This document shows, one piece after another, positions 47,890 to 59,106 of a stretch of 64,000 nucleotides of DNA. The notes beneath the pieces are model-generated. The model did not search any database, was not told where the DNA came from, and saw nothing but the letters and a program-made list of their open reading frames with translations. How positions within the stretch are numbered: position 1 is the stretch's first letter; each line of letters begins with the position of its first letter. The DNA lies in IMG/VR virus record IMGVR_UViG_3300043464_001630, positions 172,392 to 236,391 of that record; one strand, given 5' to 3'. Both the position numbers and the translations under genes were made by a program.

Positions 47890-48115
47890 TTGGATTTTTG
47901 TGAAAAATTCACACAGAGTTTCTGATCCAAAATCAAAAGATTACCTTTCTTATTCTGAATATATAGAAAGAATGAAAAACGATCACGGATTGATTTTAGA
48001 TCCACTTTGTCCTTTTAATAAAAAAGATAAGGTACGAAGTTTTAGAGTAGAAAATAAAGGAAAAGCGATGATGTTTGCTCTGAATAATTCTGAATTTGTA
48101 GTGAAACCAGAATGA
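47882..48115 (+). CDS. Small phage protein
   Basis: FRVENK.KAMMFAL motif. Confidence 0.55.
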   Translation: MNDWIFVKNSHRVSDPKSKDYLSYSEYIERMKNDHGLILDPLCPFNKKDKVRSFRVENKGKAMMFALNNSEFVVKPE

Positions 48116-48133
48116 TTCGTAGTAAATAGTTAC

Positions 48134-48544
48134 ATGAGTATTACCAAAACGCCAACTTCCATGATTGATCCCACAGGGGCTACCGCTGGAGATGTATTGA
48201 CTTACAATAATTCTACAAATACATGGGTAGCTAGTAGCTTATCGGCACAAGGATTCTCTGCTTCATTATCGTCAAATGGGTATCAAAAACTTCCAAGCGG
48301 TTTAATTATACAATGGGGGATTTCTAATATAGGGTATGACGAAGATCCATATCTAATAACTTTTCCTATATCATATCCTAACGCTGCTTTTAATGTGACA
48401 GCAGTAGGTGGTTATGGTGCCGCAGTAGATGGGTCTATAGGATTAAGTGTGAAATCTCTGTCTAGTAATGGTTTTCATATATTTGGTGATCCTAATAATG
48501 AACATGCGACAGGCCCACTATACTGGCAAGCAATAGGATACTAG
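48134..48544 (+). CDS. Short tail-fibre tip (gp53-like) protein
   Basis: NGYQKLPSGLIIQWG..ITFPI.YP..W.AIGY; TAAATA box upstream. Confidence 0.8.
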   Translation: MSITKTPTSMIDPTGATAGDVLTYNNSTNTWVASSLSAQGFSASLSSNGYQKLPSGLIIQWGISNIGYDEDPYLITFPISYPNAAFNVTAVGGYGAAVDGSIGLSVKSLSSNGFHIFGDPNNEHATGPLYWQAIGY

Positions 48545-48586
48545 TTTTTTTCTTGATAACTTACATTTCTTCTGTATAATCCTTGC

Positions 48587-49384
48587 GTGATGCATAAAGA
48601 AGAAATTATAGATCTCTGGAAAAGTGTAGGTTGGAATAATCTTACTGATTACCACAATTATCTAAAATCTACTGATGATCCTCTAATTCTAGATGGATTA
48701 GATCCAGTTAAAATTAATCCTAAAACATTCTGGCAGGCAGCAGACGAGCATTTTGGTACAGATCCAGTATGTAATCATAATAACAATCCTTCTAAGGTCT
48801 TGCCTATTCACGAAGCTAATAGTCAAAACTATCGATTGGCAGTCTATACTGGAATGTCTGGTCAGACATTAGGTTTAGCAGCAATGCTGTATGATACATT
48901 CGGTGAGGTCAATATAGCAGAAATTGGATGCGGATATGCTTGTATTAATTGTCTGTATCAAGAGATTGAAAATAAATACTGGACCAAGACAAGTTATACA
49001 GGATTCGATATCATCAAACGAACAGAACGAGAAGAAGACGTTGTAGAAATCGAAGGAGAAGACGGTACATTCTCTCCAAGCCAAGTCTTGAAGTATAACG
49101 AACAGTTTAATCTGTTTTACTCTTCGAATACATTCCAACATCTTTCGAAGAATCAGATTAGAAAATACTTGACTCAGGTGTACCATATGCTACCATATGA
49201 AGGTTACTTCAACGTAATGTATGCATCTTGCGATAAGACATATCATTATGGACAAATGATAGAAATGTATAGCATTGATGACTTTGAGAGTATTGCAAAA
49301 TATATTGGATTCTCCATTGTCGGATCATCGACAATGCAGTTGAAGAATTCAATAACTCCTTATACTTTAGTTTTAAAAAAATAA
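48587..49384 (+). CDS. Class I SAM-dependent methyltransferase
   Basis: AEIGCGY, YTGFDI and YSSNTFQHL; TTGATA-16-TATAAT promoter upstream. Confidence 0.75.
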   Translation: MMHKEEIIDLWKSVGWNNLTDYHNYLKSTDDPLILDGLDPVKINPKTFWQAADEHFGTDPVCNHNNNPSKVLPIHEANSQNYRLAVYTGMSGQTLGLAAMLYDTFGEVNIAEIGCGYACINCLYQEIENKYWTKTSYTGFDIIKRTEREEDVVEIEGEDGTFSPSQVLKYNEQFNLFYSSNTFQHLSKNQIRKYLTQVYHMLPYEGYFNVMYASCDKTYHYGQMIEMYSIDDFESIAKYIGFSIVGSSTMQLKNSITPYTLVLKK

Positions 49385-49386
49385 TT

Positions 49387-49575
49387 ATGAAGGAACTAAC
49401 TGATGAACAATTCGAGGAATTAAAATCACACTCGATTATGCTTGGACAGATTGCTACTTATGTGGAGGATTTTTGTGATGAAGAATCTACCACGCTAGAA
49501 GGAGTATTGAGATTGCTGGCACAATATCATATGCTTAAAGCAGAATCACTTTATCAAAAACTAGAAAATATTTAA
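49387..49575 (+). CDS. Hypothetical protein
   Basis: Operon spacing. Confidence 0.55.
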   Translation: MKELTDEQFEELKSHSIMLGQIATYVEDFCDEESTTLEGVLRLLAQYHMLKAESLYQKLENI

Positions 49576-49797
49576 AATGGAAAACCGCGAAAAACAAATT
49601 GCTGAAGTTTTGTTTGGATTGATCCGTAATTCACTACAAAAACTTGATGATGAGAATAATGGATCTACATTTGAAGAAGATATATCTAAAGTTTTAGAAA
49701 ATTCTTTTAATTATATGGAATCAGAAGGATGGATCGGTGATTGGAACAAACTTTAATTGTTGAAATTAAAAAAAAACTGTTAAGCTATACAGAACAT

Positions 49798-50892
49798 ATG
49801 AAACACAAAAAAGCAAATATCTTAGTTAATAATAAAGCAGAGTTTAAACATGCTCTTGCTGATTATTTTAGATTCGAAAAAGAACCCAAAAACGAAACTC
49901 ATATAGGGTTAAAAATTCTATTTACAATCGAGCCTTCAGAATATGATGCAAATAGTAATTTTGATAAAATTTGCAAAACAAAATTTGTAGCTAAAGTTGT
50001 AAATGATCAGCTTTTTGAGAAATACTGTAAAGACGCACCTCGTTGGAGAGAAACATTCACTTTCAAGTACATCGATTGCGAAACTCTGGAACAATTTAAT
50101 GAGCATTTAAGGATTGAGGCAAAGCTTAATGATGTTTTGGATAAAGCATATAAGATTGAAAAGTCAATCCAAGAGCTAATTCGTTCTATGGATGACGAGG
50201 TACTCAAGTTTGCTGTAAGCGATCCTAATTATTGGATGGGTGCTATAGGTCATATCAAGCGCAAGATCTCTTTGTACTCTAGTACGATTCCGACATTCCA
50301 AGTTCTAGAACCACAAAAAATTGATGGTAGGACTGATGAAGAAATTGTTGCTCAGTTCCAAGAAATGCTTAAAAAGGCTTTAGAAGATAATCTCCATCCG
50401 GAATATGAAAAGATCTTAAAGATGAATAAGGATGGAACAATCACCACAACATTTGAGAAGATAGTAGATAGGTATACACCATTAACTGATCCCGAATTTG
50501 AGATTCCCTCTGAAACGTATTCTAGAGAAGAATGGCAAGAGCGTATGACTGATATTTTTTCTCAAGAGTTTCAAGCAAAATTTGGTAGCAGCGAAATAAT
50601 CTTTGATGATGAAATTATTGCCCTTGCAAAAGGATTCATGCACGGCCCATTGGGAGCACAACGGGGCAAAGCCATCATGGCTGAGACTAAGACTTTTTCT
50701 TCTTTTGAAGAACTGAAAGAAACGATCATAAAGTTAGCACAAGAGAAAGACATGATTCTGTATATGACATTTAAACAAGAAACTGTTAATGTGACTGGTT
50801 TGGCTGCGTTTGCACCTTCTGACGAAGAGAGAGAAAAGCTACCTAAAAAGATTAGTTATATCTGGAGAGGTTATTTCTTTGACAAGGAATAG
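49798..50892 (+). CDS. Hypothetical protein
   Basis: Long ORF; first ATG at 49798. Confidence 0.65.
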   Translation: MKHKKANILVNNKAEFKHALADYFRFEKEPKNETHIGLKILFTIEPSEYDANSNFDKICKTKFVAKVVNDQLFEKYCKDAPRWRETFTFKYIDCETLEQFNEHLRIEAKLNDVLDKAYKIEKSIQELIRSMDDEVLKFAVSDPNYWMGAIGHIKRKISLYSSTIPTFQVLEPQKIDGRTDEEIVAQFQEMLKKALEDNLHPEYEKILKMNKDGTITTTFEKIVDRYTPLTDPEFEIPSETYSREEWQERMTDIFSQEFQAKFGSSEIIFDDEIIALAKGFMHGPLGAQRGKAIMAETKTFSSFEELKETIIKLAQEKDMILYMTFKQETVNVTGLAAFAPSDEEREKLPKKISYIWRGYFFDKE

Positions 50893-50911
50893 ATTTAAAA
50901 TAGAAAATATT

Positions 50912-51124
50912 ATGAAAGTACACTTAATTTATAAACACGGTATTGGTCAAAATTTTCCTGCTGTTATGGCATGTGCTACAAAGGAAGCGGCAGACAGAGA
51001 ATTAGCCCGACTAGAAGAACAAGAAAAGAATAATTTTCTTTCATCTGCTCTGCTGTCCACTTTTCTAAAAAGTGAAAAGAAAGATAAATGGTATTACTCT
51101 GTAGAAATGGATGTGGTGGAATAA
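50912..51124 (+). CDS. Hypothetical protein
   Basis: ATG 50912 downstream of a TTGACA box. Confidence 0.5.
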   Translation: MKVHLIYKHGIGQNFPAVMACATKEAADRELARLEEQEKNNFLSSALLSTFLKSEKKDKWYYSVEMDVVE

Positions 51125-51125
51125 T

Positions 51126-51608
51126 ATGAAAGATTGGCCCAAGGCAGGCAGTAAAGCCACATTCAGAGGAACTACAGAATGGTTTTTCTTTCAAAATATA
51201 TTAAAAGATGCCAATGATCTTTTAGAGATTGGCAAAGAGTACACTATCACGAAGATTGAGCTTGCATCTTCTTGGTGTGGTGTTATTCTAGATGAATTCC
51301 CAGATAAGAAATTTTCTTTGGCTTGGTTCACTTATAATAAAGAACTAACAACCGAAGAAGTAATCAAGCTTGAAAAGGATGAATGGGAAACCGTGAAGTA
51401 TGAATTTACTTCTTTAGAAGATCTTATAGATAGAGCATGTAAACACGCAGATGAAGTAATGGATGTTTGTACGAAACATTCAGAAGTATTAAAAAATTGT
51501 AAATCACCAAAAGAAATGATTGAACATTCTGATAATTTTCAGAATTTGATGAAAGAGTATGAAGCAGATTCTGAAAAAATTATACAAAACTTAAAAAATC
51601 TAAAGTAA
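51126..51608 (+). CDS. Hypothetical protein
   Basis: ORF track. Confidence 0.6.
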   Translation: MKDWPKAGSKATFRGTTEWFFFQNILKDANDLLEIGKEYTITKIELASSWCGVILDEFPDKKFSLAWFTYNKELTTEEVIKLEKDEWETVKYEFTSLEDLIDRACKHADEVMDVCTKHSEVLKNCKSPKEMIEHSDNFQNLMKEYEADSEKIIQNLKNLK

Positions 51609-51636
51609 CTTAGCGATAGAACAAAAAAATAAACAT

Positions 51637-51864
51637 ATGAAACCAACAGCAGGAAAATATTACACAATTAATTATTCAAATCCAGAAGAACCTATGCAAT
51701 CTTATATTGGCGCTGGAGAATGTCTTCAGGATATGGGTGATGGGCGATATAAGTTTATTCTCCCTCATACTAATTTACTAGGATTCTTCTCAGAAGAAGA
51801 TGTGGTAGCAGAAAGCGAACCACATAAGCGAATTCTAGGAGATCGAGCAATAGGAAGAGATTAA
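51637..51864 (+). CDS. Hypothetical protein
   Basis: ORF track. Confidence 0.55.
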   Translation: MKPTAGKYYTINYSNPEEPMQSYIGAGECLQDMGDGRYKFILPHTNLLGFFSEEDVVAESEPHKRILGDRAIGRD

Positions 51865-51874
51865 AAAGTAAAAA

Positions 51875-52333
51875 ATGAATCAAAACGAAGAAATTGAATT
51901 TTTGAAGGAATGTCTTGATCATTTGCATCATCGAGTTGTTGCTTTTGAGCAAAAAGAAAGGGGTAATAGCTATTTCGATGTAGAATATAATAACACTACC
52001 GATCCTGACCACTGGACATTGTGGGGTATTTCATCTATTTATTTAGAAGATCTAAAAAGAATCTTAGATTCTAAAAATAAGAGAATTAAAAATAACGACA
52101 ATATGTTTTTTAAAACAATTCGTACGTTTAGAATTGTTAAAAAACATAGAGGTGTTCACAAAGTAATCCAAACATTCGAGAACGATGCTTATGCGATTCA
52201 TTTCGAAGAATATCTTAAAACTACTCAACTGAATAAAACAGATGAGAACAGCCCGAGAAATGAACACGAACGAATCAATCCAAAACATGATCGACGACAT
52301 CAACAAGATTCTGCTATCTCGTATAGAAGATAA
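51875..52333 (+). CDS. Hypothetical protein (3' end overlaps the next ORF)
   Basis: ORF track. Confidence 0.45.
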   Translation: MNQNEEIEFLKECLDHLHHRVVAFEQKERGNSYFDVEYNNTTDPDHWTLWGISSIYLEDLKRILDSKNKRIKNNDNMFFKTIRTFRIVKKHRGVHKVIQTFENDAYAIHFEEYLKTTQLNKTDENSPRNEHERINPKHDRRHQQDSAISYRR

Positions 52334-52742
52334 GTCTATTTTTTATGATTGTTTTAAGGATCATGTTTTTAACATCGAAGAAGAGAATTGCGAGCCTCCC
52401 TCGTATAGCTACTCCAAATTTGTTTTAACCGAAAAACTTTCTGATAAAAATTTTAACTATTTGAAAGAAGAAGTTAATCGTTTACTATTTATGGATGTTT
52501 TGTATTATACCACGAGATTATTGGATTCGTCTATGTTATTTAATGATTACAATGACCCTAATAATCTCTATAATAGATTATTTAATCATTATAAAAATAA
52601 AAATCCAGAAGAGTTTATGAAAGATGTAAATGAATGTAATATTGGAATTAAATTGTTCATTACTGATTTGGTGATTCGAAGCTCGAATAATAATGTTGGT
52701 GTAAATTTTATGATTAAATCAGGATGCGAAGTTGAATTATGA
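52260..52742 (+). CDS. Hypothetical protein
   Basis: ORF track; start uncertain. Confidence 0.55.
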   Translation: MNTNESIQNMIDDINKILLSRIEDKSIFYDCFKDHVFNIEEENCEPPSYSYSKFVLTEKLSDKNFNYLKEEVNRLLFMDVLYYTTRLLDSSMLFNDYNDPNNLYNRLFNHYKNKNPEEFMKDVNECNIGIKLFITDLVIRSSNNNVGVNFMIKSGCEVEL

Positions 52743-52978
52743 CAACTGAAGAAATTATTAAAGCCAATGCAATCTTAATTCTTGAACAGAAAAAAGAGAT
52801 TGACGAACTGAAAGCATTATTAGACAATATCGAAAGTGAGCTTCCAGAAGATTATACAGAAATTGAGCATCTACCAGACTTAGCAAGATATTGGGTTGAT
52901 AGAGCTAAAAAATTAGAAGAGAATTGGGAAAGATTTACTAGTGAGTTGAGAGAACTAACTTACAAATACAAAGTATAG
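52739..52978 (+). CDS. Coiled-coil hypothetical protein
   Basis: ATGA overlap with the upstream ORF. Confidence 0.6.
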   Translation: MTTEEIIKANAILILEQKKEIDELKALLDNIESELPEDYTEIEHLPDLARYWVDRAKKLEENWERFTSELRELTYKYKV

Positions 52979-53002
52979 TTATTAAATTTTGTTAGTATAC
53001 AA

Positions 53003-53111
53003 CCAGAGAGAGTGGGCTAAAATACCCTAAAAATAATAGGAAAAGCAAGCGAGTCCTGCTTGGGGTACTGCTGTTGGGGCTCCTCACTACAGAGTGAACC
53101 ACTCTCTCTGG
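53003..53111. ncRNA. Candidate structured RNA of about 110 nt
   Basis: Perfect 13-bp closing stem CCAGAGAGAGTGG/CCACTCTCTCTGG with internal hairpins; GC-rich intergenic island. Confidence 0.55.
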
Positions 53112-53137
53112 GAAGGTTTTAATTACGAAACACAAAA

Positions 53138-55145
53138 ATGAATAAAGAAGATGATCTACAGAATAGATTCAATATGCATTTGCGTAGAAATGTAATCTTT
53201 ACTTATCTAGGTGTTCGATATAATGCTGCTTTGAATTTAACTCTGCAACACCTTTCCTCACTAAAAGGAAATATAGATACCATTGATGACTCTAAATTTT
53301 TTGCAATTGAGAATTACTTAAAAAGCGAAGGATACTTTGATCATGAGTGACAGGAAAAAGAGAATAAAGAAAAACAACAGAAATCTCTTGAAAGAAATGT
53401 CCGAAGCGGTTGTGAAGGTTGTTGCGGAAGTGGATGCTTTAGAACGCAAAGAACGAGCGGAAAAGATTTTAAAATTATATGAGACTAATTGAAAAGATTG
53501 TTGATAAGTTCTTGAATGATGATGACTATGCAATAACATTTGCATTTGTATCTATCCCAGTATTTTGTATATGTGTTGTGTTTGGTATGACTATATACAA
53601 AAATAAACTTGATCATGAATTAAAACTAGCTATGATTGCTGCTGGGCAAGTTGTTGATTGTGGATCTAACTGTAAGTGTAAATGAATTAGATATAAAATA
53701 TGAAAGTACAATACACACTAAAATCAAAAACAAACAATATTAACTATATTGCTGATCTAGCTCTAATAAATTTGACTTCTGAACAATTAGAATTTATTAG
53801 AGTTCTTTTGCATGATGCTACAAAACATAATGCATTGTTTGATAAGGATGATCGAGATGAACTTTCTGGTCAAAAAGTGATTGATCAAATTGCAGTACAC
53901 TTAAAAAATTAATATGATCAACAATAACGATATACATAAGGAAAAGCGATATTACTCTATTCAGTTCTATGCTGGGTATGTAGATGAAAAGATGCATGAA
54001 CCAATTTATAAATATGAGGATTTGCATGATCCTTTTAATAAGCCATATTACTTCAAAGATGAACAAACAGCTATTCATAAAGCAATCGATATTTCCAAGG
54101 AAGGAAGATGGGGGTCTCCTATTAAACTGAGGGTAATTAAAAATATCATCAAACACGAAAAATGGCATATTAAGGATTTAGATCCAAAAGATTATTATCA
54201 AGATTATGAAGCGTTTGTTTCAGAACGCGAACAGCGCAAGAAAAATGAAACACAAAATCACTAAACGAGAATATCATCATGAATGTGGTGATGGTTGTTG
54301 TGATGAGTGGGGAGCAACTTGGACTCTAGACGGAGAAGAAATCTACAATGGCCCTCAAGATGAAGAGGCATGGCTCGTTATCTTATCAAAGCTAGGAATC
54401 CAAGCAGAGGTTGTCGATCTAGCTCATGACACTGGAGAAGAGCTTTGTTCGCTGGATAATTTCCTTGACAGTCCAAAGGAAACAGAATAATATCATATTA
54501 TGAATACCAAGTATTACACAATCGAATTTAAAGGAAATTGGGATATCAATACTGATTGGCAAGGAAGTATTGATGTGCCTGAAAACAGATACCAATCATA
54601 CGTTGAAGCTTTGCATCGTGTCTATGTATTACAATCTCAATTCGGTCTAGAATATCGAATAATTGAAAATGTTATGATTTCAACAGAAGTAAAACATTTT
54701 CCTAAAATTCTTCAAAAAACAGACTAATATCATTATATGCAAAAAGAATACATCATTCGCCGTCTGACAGAAAAAGGAAAGCTAAAAACTCCTTCATACC
54801 AAAATGGAGAACCAATAGCCAGTTGGAGATCATTTACATCAGAGTCGGAAGCTATAGACTTTATAAAAGAATATGAATTAGATAATGTAATCATCTTAAC
54901 AAAGATCAGACAAATTAAAGAAATAATGAATAGGATTGATTAATATGGGACATTCAAATTATCAGTTATCCGAAGAACAGAAAAAACAACTGAATATGAT
55001 TGCTGAAGAAATGATTCATGTAATTGAATCTAAACTGAGTGATGATATCGGTGGTGTTCTAGATCCATACGATGGACGTAAAATGGATAATAATAAACTC
55101 ACTGCCATGATATGGTACATTGGTGATCATATAGCAACTTATTGA
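53138..55145 (+). other. Run of small hypothetical early genes (53138-53350, 53479-53685, 53700-53912, 53914-54264, about 54245-54490, 54500-54727, 54737-54943, about 54945-55145)
   Basis: Tightly packed same-strand ORFs with no recognisable motifs. Confidence 0.55.
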
Positions 55146-55161
55146 TATAATAAATAGATAT

Positions 55162-55563
55162 ATGAAATTTAAAGATTTGGTAAATCACATCTTGAAAGAA
55201 AATATACACGGTGACAACTGGGCATCTACTAGTTGGACACATGTTGTTGACGGGAGAGAAGTTACAGTCAGTATCAATGACATGTTAAATCTCATAAAAG
55301 ATAAACCTGTGCAAGAAATCAAAACAAAGATTTTAGAACCTTACGCTCTACATAAAACAAAAACAGACGAGCAAACATTAGCAAATATTCAAAAATCTAA
55401 TTTAGATTATCCAATTATTGTTTTACACCATCCAAATAAATATCAAATTTTAGATGGTCATCATAGATTACAAAAAGCAATTAATAATAAATTACCTACT
55501 ATTAAAGCAAGAGTAATTGAATTGTCCGATATGCCCGAAGAATGGCAAAGGGTTTTCGCTTAA
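55162..55563 (+). CDS. ParB/Srx N-terminal domain protein
   Basis: YPIIV....ILDGHHRL.KA; TAAATA box; MKFKDLVNHILKE N-terminus. Confidence 0.8.
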   Translation: MKFKDLVNHILKENIHGDNWASTSWTHVVDGREVTVSINDMLNLIKDKPVQEIKTKILEPYALHKTKTDEQTLANIQKSNLDYPIIVLHHPNKYQILDGHHRLQKAINNKLPTIKARVIELSDMPEEWQRVFA

Positions 55564-55565
55564 TT

Positions 55566-56526
55566 ATGGAAATTGAAATCGTTAAACCAACACCAGAAGC
55601 AGCAGAGCTTCAAGCTTTGTTCGATCAAACAGATAAAGAAACTATTAGCTTACTTATGGAAGAAGTAGAAGAACTTTATTCTAAACTAGAAGCATGGGAA
55701 AAGTGTGCTGATCGTTTGTTTGTATATGCGATGGAGACACTATCTACTGCAACTAATATGGCTTTGTACGAAGCAGCTAAAGAAGATATTTTAGTTTATA
55801 ATATATTAAAAAATGAAGCAAAATCTAATGAATAATATTCCACAAGGAGCATACGTTCTGCCAGATGAAAAGACCGCATACATTGCAGTATGGCAGGATG
55901 ATACAAGTTTGTATATTAAGCTTTTGAAAGCTGGTGTAGAGGGAGTTTGGCTAAAATTAGATAAACAGATTCTGCCACATCTAGTAGATGCTCTAATTGA
56001 TTTACAGAATTCTTGATATGTACGTCTATGCAATTCATAGTGAAGAAGTTTGGACAACAAACTATAATGTAGCAATCTGCTCATCAAAGAAATTAGCAGA
56101 AAATTGCATTAAAGAGATGAATGCAGAATATAGTAAATGGTGTGAGGAGAGAAACAAAACTCCACACAATAGTACAGAATATCTCGACTTCTCATATCAT
56201 AACCCACAACCACGCAAATACAGAATCGAGAAAATAAAAGTTTTCAAAAAATGAAAGAAGAATATCCAAAAGACTACAAAGGACCAAAATCTGGCGAATC
56301 TACCCACGAGGAGTATCTACAAGTCAGAGATTATGATGCTTACAAATACGTAAGAGATGGCATTTGGAGTTATGCAGATTTCGACAATTATCTCTACTCT
56401 ATGTGCGAAGAGCACTACAAAAAAGGTGAAAAACGAGCACTCGAAGCTTTAAAAGAATTTCAAAAAAGGTATAATATTAAAGCTGAAGTTAAGTCTTGGT
56501 TTGATAAAAATCAAATAGATGGATAA
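55566..56526 (+). other. Four small hypothetical genes (55566-55835, about 55828-56016, about 56018-56254, 56251-56526)
   Basis: Coupled ORFs. Confidence 0.5.
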
Positions 56527-57082
56527 TGTTGTTAATGTAAATAACAAATACGAATTAAAGCAACATCTTAAAGATAGGCATATGGACATTGATCTTCATA
56601 AGCCTATTATTTCTGATCATATTGCAACCTTTTTATTGTATAATCTATCAGGCCAAATAGTAGGATATCAGAGATACAATCCTGCTTTTCCTTCTGCATA
56701 TCCGGGTGATGGAAAACAATCTAATTTAAGAGACAGAAGATACTATAATTATGTAAGTTCTGATAAAATTGGATTATTTGGATTAGAATCATTCCATCAA
56801 AATGTACCTTGTGTTTTTGTTGTTGAAGGAGTATTTGATGCTTGTAGGTTGACAAGCCGTGGTGTATGTGCTATTGCTATGCTTACAAACACGCCATCTT
56901 CTTCTATGAAGAATTTTTTGATTTGTTTGAGTAAGCCGTTAATTACTATCTGTGACAATGATCCTTCAGGAAAGAAGTTAAAATCAGTAGGACATTATCA
57001 CGAAATAGTTAGATACGGAAAAGATCTGGGAGATTGTTCAGAGGAATTTGTTGATTACATTTTAAAGAAATATGGAAGCTAA
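56519..57082 (+). CDS. Stand-alone Toprim (primase-like) protein
   Basis: GYQRY.P, LFGLE, VVEGVFDA, ICDND.SG and KDLGD. Confidence 0.82.
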   Translation: MDNVVNVNNKYELKQHLKDRHMDIDLHKPIISDHIATFLLYNLSGQIVGYQRYNPAFPSAYPGDGKQSNLRDRRYYNYVSSDKIGLFGLESFHQNVPCVFVVEGVFDACRLTSRGVCAIAMLTNTPSSSMKNFLICLSKPLITICDNDPSGKKLKSVGHYHEIVRYGKDLGDCSEEFVDYILKKYGS

Positions 57083-57485
57083 ATTAACAGCTATTATCAC
57101 ATTCCCAACAGACGTTGATACAGATCCAGAGTATATTAAGCTTTGGAAATATTTCGGTAGCGTAGAGCATATTGAGCAAGCATTCCAAATCGAATTTTCT
57201 TGCGGTGACGGAAAGTTCATGAGCAATATGTACAAATGGACAGAAAACGAAGAAGCATTGATCTGTCAAGTAACCGACGAAGAATTGGAGAAATATGATG
57301 GAAATGTTTGTTTAAAAACGCCTCCAAAAATTCGAGCAACAAACAAACTTTTTAGGGTTGACAAGTCCTACAAATTTGTGGTAAAGTGCTCTGATAAAAA
57401 TGAGGAAGAGACGTTCTACTTGAACAGTAAAATGATATCGAAAAGGCATTATAGCAATCCTTGGAGTTTTTATAAAAACACTTAA
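57072..57485 (+). CDS. Hypothetical protein
   Basis: ORF track. Confidence 0.55.
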   Translation: MEAKLTAIITFPTDVDTDPEYIKLWKYFGSVEHIEQAFQIEFSCGDGKFMSNMYKWTENEEALICQVTDEELEKYDGNVCLKTPPKIRATNKLFRVDKSYKFVVKCSDKNEEETFYLNSKMISKRHYSNPWSFYKNT

Positions 57486-57586
57486 TATGAGCATTAAAGA
57501 TTGGATCGCTTTCTTTTTTGTTATTGCTTTATCTCCTCCAGTAGGAATACTTCTTTCGATAATAATTGCTAAACTACTTAGATAAT

Positions 57587-58123
57587 ATGAAAGATTTCTT
57601 TAGTCATCTTCAACATAATCATAAAAATGCCATAAAATCCATCAAAGACATGATTGATGTCGATGGCGAAGATAAGCAAAAGTATCCAGAGTATAAAGAG
57701 GCTGCGACTCTTTGTAATTTTATTTTTACTTATCCTCATAGATATTCATTAATTCATTTTGCTGAAAAATATGGAGCATTTTATGATTGTGCTCAGGATT
57801 TAGAGAAACTTTTTAATCTAATTTATCACGCGATTGTGGATGACGGCGACATTTCATTTGTTCAAGTTAATCGTCATTGTCCCGCGATTGTATTCGAGCA
57901 CAGGAGTGAACTCTCATTAGATAATCTTTTAAAAGACAGTGAAAAAGATACAATTAAAATATTGAACGAATTCAAGGCTATCAAAAATTTACCACCGACT
58001 GAACATAAACTTGATTTTTTCAAAAATGTGAGGGAATATATTGATGCCGTGAAGGCATATGACATTGAAGTTGAAGAAAATCACAAAAAGTGGCTGGAAA
58101 TTAAAAATAGAATTGTAAAATAA
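57587..58123 (+). CDS. Hypothetical protein
   Basis: ORF track; first ATG at 57587. Confidence 0.6.
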   Translation: MKDFFSHLQHNHKNAIKSIKDMIDVDGEDKQKYPEYKEAATLCNFIFTYPHRYSLIHFAEKYGAFYDCAQDLEKLFNLIYHAIVDDGDISFVQVNRHCPAIVFEHRSELSLDNLLKDSEKDTIKILNEFKAIKNLPPTEHKLDFFKNVREYIDAVKAYDIEVEENHKKWLEIKNRIVK

Positions 58124-58124
58124 T

Positions 58125-58409
58125 ATGGAAGAAGAATACGAAGCAATCGACAAGATCATCAATAGAGTAATGGCTAGATACGGTAATATTGGTCACGTAA
58201 ATATGCTAGAACTTCTTCGGGAGGTCACCATAGCAGCTCTAGAAGAGGGACATAAAGCTGGGTGCGACAACGGTTATGAAGAAGGCTTACAAAATATTTC
58301 TCCGGAACAATACGAACTTATCATGGAAAAGGTTCAGGTAAAGATTGACGAAGCCTTTTTAGCAGGCTACGAAGCAGGTCTTGATGCTGCTTATATTACC
58401 AATCAATAA
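58125..58409 (+). CDS. Acidic protein with GYxxG repeats
   Basis: EEGHKAG..GYEEG..AGYEAG. Confidence 0.55.
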   Translation: MEEEYEAIDKIINRVMARYGNIGHVNMLELLREVTIAALEEGHKAGCDNGYEEGLQNISPEQYELIMEKVQVKIDEAFLAGYEAGLDAAYITNQ

Positions 58410-58463
58410 TTATTTCACTTTATCAGAAATAAAAGCAAAAGAAAAGAATCAAATTAAACTAGA

Positions 58464-59069
58464 ATGCTTTTTGATAAAATTGTGAATAACTTTCTACAAA
58501 CATCTTATTTTGTGGAAAGTCCTATGTATTATGATGGCGTTTTTAATGATCAATTACAAAAACTCGATCATAACAAAAACATAGCCGATGGCGTCATCAA
58601 AAAATACGAAAAGTTCGATAATTTTAAATCTTGGAATGTATATAAAATTCCTGATGGTTTTGACGAGAATAAATTCACTTACTGTTTAATTAAACAAAAT
58701 AACGTTGATTGTTTTATAGAAATATCCAAAAAATCTTCCTATAATTTTTCTACTGGAGTCTGGCAAAGAAAAGACACAACCAAAGGACTAGCAAGAGATT
58801 TCTTTTTGAATTTTTTACCTAAGTATTACGATTCTATAATTTCTGATAAAACAGCTAACAAACTAGGAATAAGCTTTTACAAAAAACTACTAGACGATGC
58901 ACTATCTTTGGGATACACTGTTACAGTCCTCAACGGATCTCATAAAAACGAAGAACCTTACGATCCTAATAAATTCGATAGTTATTGGATCACTGTAGAT
59001 AGAGATGTACCGACACATCCAACATTTATAACTTCTAAAGATATTCTTTTTAAAATTTATTTCAAATGA
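58464..59069 (+). CDS. Putative internal-head protein, possibly GNAT-like
   Basis: MLFDKIV..FVES N-terminus; KGLAR..ISD.....G..FY..L. Confidence 0.5.
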   Translation: MLFDKIVNNFLQTSYFVESPMYYDGVFNDQLQKLDHNKNIADGVIKKYEKFDNFKSWNVYKIPDGFDENKFTYCLIKQNNVDCFIEISKKSSYNFSTGVWQRKDTTKGLARDFFLNFLPKYYDSIISDKTANKLGISFYKKLLDDALSLGYTVTVLNGSHKNEEPYDPNKFDSYWITVDRDVPTHPTFITSKDILFKIYFK

Positions 59070-59106
59070 AAAAATATTTAGACTTTGAGGAGAAACCGGA
59101 AAAGGG

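Noticed and set aside
53030-53075. Cobalamin riboswitch or tRNA
   Set aside because: Only a partial AATAGG and T-loop resemblance; there is no B12 box and no cloverleaf.
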